Origin: an uncultured Bacteroidales bacterium
GTDB taxonomy: Bacteria; Bacteroidota; Bacteroidia; Bacteroidales; UBA3824
Assembly: GCA_905233995.1 (NCBI GenBank)
Contig: CAJOGF010000002.1
Coordinates: 23,661-70,580, forward strand
DNA length: 46,920 bases
Direction of reading: 5' to 3'
Below, in pieces: positions 1 to 6,636 of this stretch. Numbering within the stretch: position 1 is the first letter of the stretch; every line of letters begins with the position of its first letter. The position numbers were made by a program, and so were the translations under genes. The notes beneath the pieces are model-generated. The model made no database searches and had not been told where the DNA came from. It saw only the letters and a program-made list of their open reading frames with translations.

Positions 1-124
1 TTAAATTCGCTGCCGCTTGCGGTGCTTTGTTTAATGTAACTTTCTGTAAGACAATTTCGTTTTATTCGTTTAATTCGGTGTTAAATGAAATTGCCGTGTC
101 TTAAACGAATAGAACAAAAGCAAA

Positions 125-153
125 ATAAAAAAAGGCTGTCTTTTTGGACAGCC
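125..153 (-). terminator. Rho-independent terminator downstream of rpoD
   Basis: 7-bp GC-rich stem GGCTGTC (134-140) / GACAGCC (147-153) with a 6-nt loop. On the minus strand the stem is followed by a T-run (A-run 125-133 on the + strand). It starts ~36 nt past the rpoD stop. Confidence 0.7.
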
Positions 154-188
154 CTACAAAAACAAAAACCTAAAAATTATGAATAAAT

Positions 189-1049
189 CTACCCTAAATA
201 AGCCTTCAGAAGATTGCTTCTTGAAGTATTTCTCAGCCTTCTGATTGCTTTTTCTCTAATCTGACGAACTCTTTCACGGGTAAGACCGTATTGATCGCCG
301 ATTTCTTCGAGACTTAGTTCCTGACAACCTATTCCGAACGAAAGTTTAAGGATTGAACGTTCACGCTCTGTAAGGGTTGAAAAAGCCCTTTCGATTTCCT
401 TGCTTAAAGATTCGTTCATTAAATTGCCGTCAGCAACCTGCGAATCAGGATTCTCTAAAACATCCAACAAACTGTTTTCTTCACCTTGAACAAACGGTGC
501 GTCAACGCTGACGTGCTTTCCCGATACTCTCATTGTATCCGATACCTTTTCGGCCGGAAGGTCAAGAATTTTGCTCAATTCTTCGGGAGACGGTTTACGC
601 TGATGCTCCTGCTCAAAATCGGAAACAGCCTTGTTGTACTTGCTCAAAGAACTTACCTGATTTAACGGCAAACGTACAATTCTTGATTGTTCGTTGATAG
701 CCTGCATAATAGATTGACGAATCCACCAAACAGCGTAAGAGATAAATTTGAAACCTCTTGTCTCGTCAAATTTTTCAGCAGCCTTAATAAGACCAAGATT
801 GCCCTCGTTAATAAGGTCGGGCAAACTCAAGCCTTGATTTTGATACTGTTTCGCAACAGATACCACAAATCTAAGATTTGCACTTGCCAATTTCTCAACA
901 GCGGAACGATCGCCTTTGCGAATCCTCTGCGCGAGTTCCACTTCTTCTTCAACAGAGATAAGTTCGTATTTACCAATTTCTTGTAAATACTTGTCAAGAG
1001 AGGCACTCTCTCTGTTGGTGATTGATTTTGTAATCTTAAGCTGTCTCAT
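189..1049 (-). CDS. rpoD: RNA polymerase primary sigma factor (sigma-70 family, short Bacteroidota-type RpoD/SigA)
   Basis: 286-aa ORF. The N-terminus [27 protein letters not shown] is typical of Bacteroidota RpoD. Region 2 ([55 protein letters not shown]) and region 4 ([29 protein letters not shown]) are both present. Confidence 0.95.
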   Translation of the reverse strand: MRQLKITKSITNRESASLDKYLQEIGKYELISVEEEVELAQRIRKGDRSAVEKLASANLRFVVSVAKQYQNQGLSLPDLINEGNLGLIKAAEKFDETRGFKFISYAVWWIRQSIMQAINEQSRIVRLPLNQVSSLSKYNKAVSDFEQEHQRKPSPEELSKILDLPAEKVSDTMRVSGKHVSVDAPFVQGEENSLLDVLENPDSQVADGNLMNESLSKEIERAFSTLTERERSILKLSFGIGCQELSLEEIGDQYGLTRERVRQIREKAIRRLRNTSRSNLLKAYLG

Positions 1050-1268
1050 AACTCTATTATAAATATATCCAAAAAAATCTATCTTTTCTATTTTTTTATT
1101 TTCATTCGCATTCTTTTTGTTTTTATTCTAAGGTATCTTTTTAAAACCGCACCCTTAGGCATAAACGCAAAAATCTTGAAAAAGTTTCAAGAAAACAAGA
1201 AAAAAATCCTTAAAAAAAGTTAAACAACCAACTAATTTTTAGAATGTTCGCTTTTAGAAGTTTTTTGT

Positions 1269-1276
1269 TACCTTTG
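1269..1276 (+). promoter_or_regulatory. Bacteroidota -7 promoter box (TAnnTTTG) for the LtaS-like gene
   Basis: TACCTTTG is an exact match to the TAnnTTTG consensus and lies 35 nt upstream of the ATG at 1311. Confidence 0.5.
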
Positions 1277-1310
1277 CACCGCAAAAAAGAATTACAAAAA
1301 AAAATTGATA

Positions 1311-3281
1311 ATGAAAATAAAGGGTTTAAAATCGTACATTTTATGTGTTGCGGCTAATATTCTTTTGGTTTATATTGGCTATCAAATCTGCCGCATAGAA
1401 TATTTGTTGGACAATTACGCTGTTTTTAGGGACAACCTGAATGACTTAAATTTTTCTACTGCATTAAAAGGTTCGTTATTTTTTGACACTTCAGCAATTG
1501 TTTATACAAATCTGATTTACATTATTTTGTCATTATTGCCGTTTAGATTTAGAGAAAACTTTATGTACCAAACTATCACTAAATTGTATTACGTGATTGT
1601 AAATGGATTGTGTTTTTTTGCAAATATGGCAGATTCAGTGTATTTTGTCTACACCAATAGACGAACTACGTGTTCGGTTTTTGCTGAATTTTCAAACGAT
1701 ATGGACAAAACTGGTGGCATACTTTTCAGCGAAATCGTATCGCATTGGTATTTAATAATACTTTTAGCGGCAATGATTTTTGGTCTTTGGAAATTATATT
1801 TTATACCAAACGACAAAACCATTTTGGAAAATATTTCTCAAAAAATTAAATATTATACTATATCGCTTTTGACTTTAGCGTTAGTGATTCCGCTTTGTAT
1901 TGGCGGAGCAAGAGGAGGTTTTTCTACAGCAATACGTCCGATAACTATCAGTAATGCAAATCAATACGTCAACCGACCAACAGAAGCCTCACTGATACTC
2001 AACACGCCTTTTGCGATACTCAGAACAATTGGCAAAAAAAATTTCAAAGTTCCGACTTTTTTTCCCGAAGATGAAGTTGAAAAGATTTTTTCGCCACTTC
2101 ACAAGGCTGACCAAACAAAAGAAATTGACAAAAAAAACGTTGTGGTTTTTATTCTTGAAAGTTTTTCTCGCGAATTTTGCGGTTTCTACAACAAAACTCT
2201 TGACAATGGAACTTACAAAGGGTTCACGCCGTTTTTAGACTCTCTAATGGAACATTCTCTGACCTTTGATTATACATTTGCCAATGGCAGAAAAAGCATC
2301 GACGGAATGCCATCTTCGCTTTCGAGCATTCCGTATTTTGTTGAGCCTTTTTTCTTAACACCATATTCGCTTAACAAATTGTCAGGACTTGCAAGAGAAT
2401 TGAAAAATTTTGGCTATTATTCTGCTTTTTTTCACGGAGCGCAAAATGGCAGCATGGGTTTTCAAGCGTTTGCGGTCTCAACGGGTTATGACAATTATTT
2501 CGGACGGGAGGATTTTGACTTAGATACTCGTTTTGACGGTGAAAAGGCATTTGACGGCACATGGTCTATTTGGGATGAAGATTTTTTGCAATACTATGCC
2601 GTCAAAATGAGCGAATTTCCACAACCGTTTTTAACGTCAGTTTTTACCGCCTCATCGCATCATCCGTTTAAAGTACCAGAAAAATACAGCAATATTTTTG
2701 TTGACAAAGACCAAAATCCACTACACAAATGCGTTTTGTATTCTGACAACGCATTGAGAAATTTCTTTAATACTGCAAAAAAAACAGATTGGTTCAAAAA
2801 TACGATTTTTGTTTTCACCGCAGACCATACCAATCAATTAGAAAGAGATTTTTCGTTGACAGATTTAGGACTATATTCAATAACATTTTTTATTTATGAC
2901 CCGTCAGGAAAAATACAGCCAGAATTAAGACACGCCATAGCACAACAAATCGACATTATGCCCACTGTATTAAGTTACGTAGGTTACGACAAAGATTATA
3001 TTGCCTTTGGCGACGACTTACTTTCCATGCCAGACGATAAAACACGAGCCGTTAATTATAACAACGGACTTTATCAATATTTCAAGGGCGATTATATGAT
3101 TCAGATGACGGAGGACGGAAATTTGAAGTCTGTTTATAAATTCAAACAAGATTCTCTGCTAAGGAACAATCTTATTAAAGAAAAAAATCCGCAAGTAGAT
3201 ATTCTTCAAACGGAACTTAAAGCCTTAGTACAAAGTTATATGCAACGAATGACTCAAGACCAACTAACAATTGAAAAATAA
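1311..3281 (+). CDS. LTA synthase / sulfatase-family (alkaline-phosphatase superfamily) membrane protein
   Basis: The ORF track starts at TTG 1305; the ATG at 1311 is the more likely start. The N-terminal ~200 aa contain several hydrophobic helices. These are followed by a sulfatase-like domain with VVVFILESFSREF, WSIWDEDF, SSHHPFKVPEKY and FVFTADHTN motifs. Confidence 0.85.
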   Translation: MKIKGLKSYILCVAANILLVYIGYQICRIEYLLDNYAVFRDNLNDLNFSTALKGSLFFDTSAIVYTNLIYIILSLLPFRFRENFMYQTITKLYYVIVNGLCFFANMADSVYFVYTNRRTTCSVFAEFSNDMDKTGGILFSEIVSHWYLIILLAAMIFGLWKLYFIPNDKTILENISQKIKYYTISLLTLALVIPLCIGGARGGFSTAIRPITISNANQYVNRPTEASLILNTPFAILRTIGKKNFKVPTFFPEDEVEKIFSPLHKADQTKEIDKKNVVVFILESFSREFCGFYNKTLDNGTYKGFTPFLDSLMEHSLTFDYTFANGRKSIDGMPSSLSSIPYFVEPFFLTPYSLNKLSGLARELKNFGYYSAFFHGAQNGSMGFQAFAVSTGYDNYFGREDFDLDTRFDGEKAFDGTWSIWDEDFLQYYAVKMSEFPQPFLTSVFTASSHHPFKVPEKYSNIFVDKDQNPLHKCVLYSDNALRNFFNTAKKTDWFKNTIFVFTADHTNQLERDFSLTDLGLYSITFFIYDPSGKIQPELRHAIAQQIDIMPTVLSYVGYDKDYIAFGDDLLSMPDDKTRAVNYNNGLYQYFKGDYMIQMTEDGNLKSVYKFKQDSLLRNNLIKEKNPQVDILQTELKALVQSYMQRMTQDQLTIEK

Positions 3282-3379
3282 CGTTAAAGAAAAAAAACAT
3301 AAAAACTAAAGAAAAATTTTAGAACTCAAAAAAATATTCTTTACTTTGTCGCAAGAAAACATAATTAATAAAAAATACA

Positions 3380-3694
3380 ATGAACGAAGAATTAGAAAAC
3401 CAAGATGGCGAAATTCAGATTATTTCGCTTAAAGACGAGGACGGTCAAGACAAAGATTTTGAAATTCTTGACGAACTTGAATACGAAGGAGAAACATATT
3501 GTGCTTTAATGCCTTACTACGAAAGCGCAGAAGAACTTGATTCGCGAACTGATGAAGAAACCGACATTCTTATTGTCCGTTTCTACAAAGATGAAAACGA
3601 TGAAGAATACTGCGAATCCATAACAGATGATGATCTTTTTGATAAAGTTGCTGCACTTTTCGATGCAAGAATCGAAAAAATGTACGAAGAGTAA
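3380..3694 (+). CDS. Small acidic protein, DUF1292-like
   Basis: 104-aa, highly acidic ORF. The pattern I..L.DEDG....FEILDELEYEGE.YCALMP resembles the DUF1292/UPF0473 family. Assigned by eye only. Confidence 0.6.
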   Translation: MNEELENQDGEIQIISLKDEDGQDKDFEILDELEYEGETYCALMPYYESAEELDSRTDEETDILIVRFYKDENDEEYCESITDDDLFDKVAALFDARIEKMYEE

Positions 3695-3712
3695 GCAGTT
3701 GCCCTTTACATT

Positions 3713-4960
3713 ATGGCACAGTTAATTGCGAATCCGATATACGATTCTGCTTTCAAATACATGATGCAGAATGAGCGGGCTGCCACTATCCTGCTTGAGA
3801 ATCTTCTTGACAAGGAGATTCTCAAACTTGACATTTTGACAAACGACACTCCGATTGTAGAAGAAAGCGGTGTTAGAATTTTGCGTCTTGACTTTTCGGC
3901 AAAAGTAAAAGATCGCAAAACCTCTGAAACTGAATTAATCACAATTGAACTTCAGAAATCCTATCTTGACACCGAAATTATGCGTTTTCGCACATACCTT
4001 GGTCAGCAGTATTCTGACGTAAAAAAGTCTGATACAGAACTTGTTAAGACATGGCGTAAAAACAAGAAGACTGGTCAGATAGAAAGTGTAGAAGTTGAAA
4101 AACATAATCCGCTTCATATTGTAGCCATTTATATTTTGGGTCATACGTTTCAGGAGATTGACGTTCCTAAGCCCGTGATTTACAATTATCCGAATCCACG
4201 TGATATTGAAAATGAGCTTGTTCCCGATGTGCTGAAAACTCGTTTTTTCAGAGGCATAACACACGATACAATCATTGTTCAAATTCCGTACTTAAAGAAA
4301 AATGCGCAAACTAAATTGGAGCAGATGTTGGAGATTTTTTGTCAGGACTATATTTCTAACGGTTCGGAGCAACTACTTGAATTTGATGATTTTGATCATC
4401 GTTCTAACGAGTTTAAGGAATTGGCACGACCATTGGTTTTTGCAGTTTCAGACCCAAAATTAAGAAAGGTTATGACAATAGAAGATGAGATGTCCATTCA
4501 TTTTCAGAACGTTAAATACGTAACCGATGAAAATGAAGCCTTGCATACCATGATGGCAGAAAATCGTAAGCGTTTGTTAGAGCAAGAGATGCAAATTCAG
4601 CAGCAGGAAAGTCAACTGCAACAACAAGAAAATCAATTGCAGCAGAAAAACGAAAGGCTTCAGCAGCAGGAAAGTCAACTTCAACAACAAGAAAATCAAT
4701 TGCAGCAGAAAAACGAAAGGCTTCAGCAGCAGGAAAGTCAACTTCAACAACAAGAAAATCAATTGCAGCAGAAAAACGAAAGGCTTCAGCAGCAGGAAAG
4801 TCAACTTCAACAGAAAAATGAACAACTGCAAGCAACTAATAATCAACTTGCATCTGTATTATCAGCCTCTGTAAAGGCATTTTCTACACAAGGATTGTCT
4901 CCTGAAGAAATTGCACACATACTTAATATATCTGTCGAAGATATTTTGAAACTTCTATAA
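3713..4960 (+). CDS. PD-(D/E)XK nuclease-family protein (PDDEXK_2 / Rpn-like 'putative transposase') with inserted Gln-rich coiled-coil repeat
   Basis: The N-terminus NPIYDSAFKYMMQNERAATILLENLL, followed by RLDFSAKV...ELITIELQK, fits the D...ExK nuclease core. The C-terminal GLSPEEIAHILNISVEDILKLL tail is typical of this family. A 63-bp tandem repeat encoding QQQESQLQQQENQLQQKNERL sits between the core and the tail. Confidence 0.75.
   Translation: MAQLIANPIYDSAFKYMMQNERAATILLENLLDKEILKLDILTNDTPIVEESGVRILRLDFSAKVKDRKTSETELITIELQKSYLDTEIMRFRTYLGQQYSDVKKSDTELVKTWRKNKKTGQIESVEVEKHNPLHIVAIYILGHTFQEIDVPKPVIYNYPNPRDIENELVPDVLKTRFFRGITHDTIIVQIPYLKKNAQTKLEQMLEIFCQDYISNGSEQLLEFDDFDHRSNEFKELARPLVFAVSDPKLRKVMTIEDEMSIHFQNVKYVTDENEALHTMMAENRKRLLEQEMQIQQQESQLQQQENQLQQKNERLQQQESQLQQQENQLQQKNERLQQQESQLQQQENQLQQKNERLQQQESQLQQKNEQLQATNNQLASVLSASVKAFSTQGLSPEEIAHILNISVEDILKLL
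4598..4828 (+). repeat. In-frame 63-bp tandem repeat, 3 full copies plus a shortened 4th
   Basis: Units are 4598-4660, 4661-4723 and 4724-4786. Copies 2 and 3 are identical, and copy 1 differs by 1 nt (ctg vs ctt). The 4th copy (4787-4828) lacks an internal 21 nt. Each unit encodes 21 aa, which is three heptads. Confidence 0.95.
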
Positions 4961-4972
4961 ATTAACAAACAA

Positions 4973-5025
4973 AAATTGTTTACCAAATCCTTATATTTTT
5001 ATTTTAAAGATTTGGTAAACAATTT
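4973..5025. terminator. Bidirectional terminator hairpin between convergent genes
   Basis: Perfect 17-bp inverted repeat AAATTGTTTACCAAATC (4973-4989) / GATTTGGTAAACAATTT (5009-5025) with a 19-nt AT-rich loop. It lies between the stop of 3713..4960 (+) and the stop of 5024..5914 (-), and overlaps the latter stop by 2 nt. Confidence 0.7.
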
Positions 5026-5914
5026 AAATACCTGCGCCATCAGTAAATGTTTCAGCAACAGCCTTTTGCTGAACAATTTTGGAATACGGTTTAACACTCT
5101 CTGTCAACCAAATATTGCCACCAATAATAGTATCATGACCTATAGTAATTCGTCCTAAAATGGAAGAATTGGAATAAACAGTAACGTTGTCCTCCAAAAT
5201 AGGATGCCTTGGTATATTAACAGGAACTCCATTTTCGTTATATGTAAATTTCTTAGCACCAAGCGTTACTCCCTGATACAACGTTACATGATTTCCAATA
5301 ATACACGTTTCTCCAATAACAACACCAGTACCATGGTCTATGGAAAAATATTCTCCAATCTGTGCCCCGGGGTGAATGTCAATACCCGTTCTCGAATGTG
5401 CCATTTCTGTTATTATTCTCGGCAAAACAGGGACTCCAAGAGTCAAAAGAGCATGCGCTATTCTATAATTAATCATCACCTGAACAACAGGATAACAAAA
5501 AATTATCTCACTAAAAGATGTAACAGCAGGGTCTGTCTGCGACATCGCTTCAATGTCTGTATAAAGCAACCGCTTAATTTCAGGAATCATATCCAAAAAC
5601 TGCAAAGCAATTTCATCTGAAGTTTCCTCCTTCACATTCTCTCCCTTGAAACACTGAAAACTAAGACAAACTTGATTTTTTAACAGTTTTTCCAACTCCT
5701 CCATACTTACCCCAATATGATAATAACGAGATTCCTTGCTGCGAATTTCAGCACCAAAAAAACCGGGGAAAATTATCTGCTTCAAAAGTTCAATTATCCT
5801 CTTGATTGAATCAATAGACGGCTGATTGCCGCCAAAGGTCTGCATCGAAAATTCTTTGTCGGAAATCTCCGACAACAAAACAACATTTCTTGATAAAACC
5901 TCTCTTTTATCCAT
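5024..5914 (-). CDS. cysE: Serine O-acetyltransferase (long EpsC/CysE-type, hexapeptide-repeat)
   Basis: 296-aa ORF. The C-terminal left-handed beta-helix hexapeptide region reads GIDIHPGAQIGEYFSIDHGTGVVIGETCIIGNHVTLYQGVTLGA...RHPILEDNVTVYSNSSILG. The extended N-terminal helical domain is as in Bacteroidota serine acetyltransferases. Confidence 0.85.
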   Translation of the reverse strand: MDKREVLSRNVVLLSEISDKEFSMQTFGGNQPSIDSIKRIIELLKQIIFPGFFGAEIRSKESRYYHIGVSMEELEKLLKNQVCLSFQCFKGENVKEETSDEIALQFLDMIPEIKRLLYTDIEAMSQTDPAVTSFSEIIFCYPVVQVMINYRIAHALLTLGVPVLPRIITEMAHSRTGIDIHPGAQIGEYFSIDHGTGVVIGETCIIGNHVTLYQGVTLGAKKFTYNENGVPVNIPRHPILEDNVTVYSNSSILGRITIGHDTIIGGNIWLTESVKPYSKIVQQKAVAETFTDGAGI

Positions 5915-5946
5915 TTTTCTAATTTAATGTTACAATGTTTTTTTTA

Positions 5947-5954
5947 CAAAAATA
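5947..5954 (-). promoter_or_regulatory. Bacteroidota -7 promoter box (TAnnTTTG) for cysE
   Basis: The + strand reads CAAAAATA, which is TATTTTTG on the minus strand. It lies 33 nt upstream of the start at 5914. Confidence 0.45.
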
Positions 5955-6031
5955 CAACTAACAAAAAGATTATTCAAAACTTATCAACAAAAACGGAATT
6001 TAATTCCAATTTTCGTCAAACAAAAGATTTT

Positions 6032-6544
6032 TTATCTATACCAATCAGCATACATTGCATAATTGTTGACAATCCTATCAATCAAATCTTTTTGAAGTTT
6101 TTCGTCTGTATCTTTGATTTTTTTTGCAGGACAACCTGCATAAACTCCACCCTTCTCGGTCTTGAAACCTTTTGTTACAACCGCTCCTGCCGCTACAATA
6201 CAATTTTCTTCGATTATTGCATCGTCCATAACAATAGAACCCATACCAATAAGAACATTATCTTTTACCGTGCAACCATGTACTATTGCATTATGAGCAA
6301 TCGAAACATTATTTCCTATGGTCAAAGGAGAAGTTTTATATGTGGCATGAAGACATGCATTGTCCTGAATATTTACTCGGTTGCCGATACGAATAGAATT
6401 AACATCTCCTCGCAAAACAGCATTAAACCAAATATTACAATCATCACCAAGGATAACATCACCAATTACTGTGCAATTATCAGATAAATAAATGTTTTTT
6501 CCAAAAACAGGCGTTTTGCCCAATATTGTTTTTATCAGTGCCAT
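6032..6544 (-). CDS. Gamma-carbonic-anhydrase-family / hexapeptide-repeat protein (YrdA/PaaY-like)
   Basis: 170-aa ORF. IWFNAVLRGDVNSIRIGNRVNIQDNACLH...SIAHNAIVHGCTVKDNVLIGMGSIVMDDAII matches the gamma-CA family pattern. Confidence 0.85.
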   Translation of the reverse strand: MALIKTILGKTPVFGKNIYLSDNCTVIGDVILGDDCNIWFNAVLRGDVNSIRIGNRVNIQDNACLHATYKTSPLTIGNNVSIAHNAIVHGCTVKDNVLIGMGSIVMDDAIIEENCIVAAGAVVTKGFKTEKGGVYAGCPAKKIKDTDEKLQKDLIDRIVNNYAMYADWYR

Positions 6545-6565
6545 TTTTTTGCTTTTTTAATTAGA

Positions 6566-6573
6566 CAAAAATA
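6566..6573 (-). promoter_or_regulatory. Bacteroidota -7 promoter box (TAnnTTTG) for the gamma-CA-like gene
   Basis: The + strand reads CAAAAATA, which is TATTTTTG on the minus strand. It lies 22 nt upstream of the start at 6544. Confidence 0.4.
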
Positions 6574-6605
6574 GAAAAAACACACTTTACAACCAAAAAA
6601 AATTT

Positions 6606-6613
6606 TAACTTTG
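6606..6613 (+). promoter_or_regulatory. Bacteroidota -7 promoter box (TAnnTTTG) for the SNF2 helicase gene
   Basis: TAACTTTG is an exact consensus match, 24 nt upstream of ATG 6637. It sits in the divergent intergenic region shared with the 6566-6573 box. Confidence 0.45.
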
Positions 6614-6636
6614 CAACCTTAAAAAAAAGATAAAAT

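Noticed and set aside
1-120. A possible 3' end of a gene at the left edge. Frame 1 stops at 37-39 and frame 3 stays open to about 103.
   Set aside because: The stretch is too short and featureless to support a CDS call, and no motif was recognised.
3342-3348. TACTTTG upstream of the DUF1292-like gene, considered as a -7 promoter box.
   Set aside because: It has only one spacer nucleotide instead of two (TAnTTTG vs TAnnTTTG), so it does not match the consensus. It was not reported as a feature.
4598-4828. Regularly spaced identical 63-bp units, considered as a CRISPR array.
   Set aside because: The units are directly adjacent with no spacers, are in frame within a CDS and encode a heptad-periodic peptide. 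No cas genes are present in the window.
4512-4846. Two minus-strand ORFs (107 and 89 aa) with internally repeated peptides.
   Set aside because: They are antisense translations of the 63-bp tandem repeat inside the PD-(D/E)XK gene. Their repetitiveness simply mirrors the sense-strand repeat.
3713-4960. The PD-(D/E)XK 'putative transposase' family gene, considered as a mobile element.
   Set aside because: There are no terminal inverted repeats, target duplications or integrase/transposase catalytic motifs. The gene sits in an operon-like arrangement 18 nt after the DUF1292-like gene. The family name is historical.
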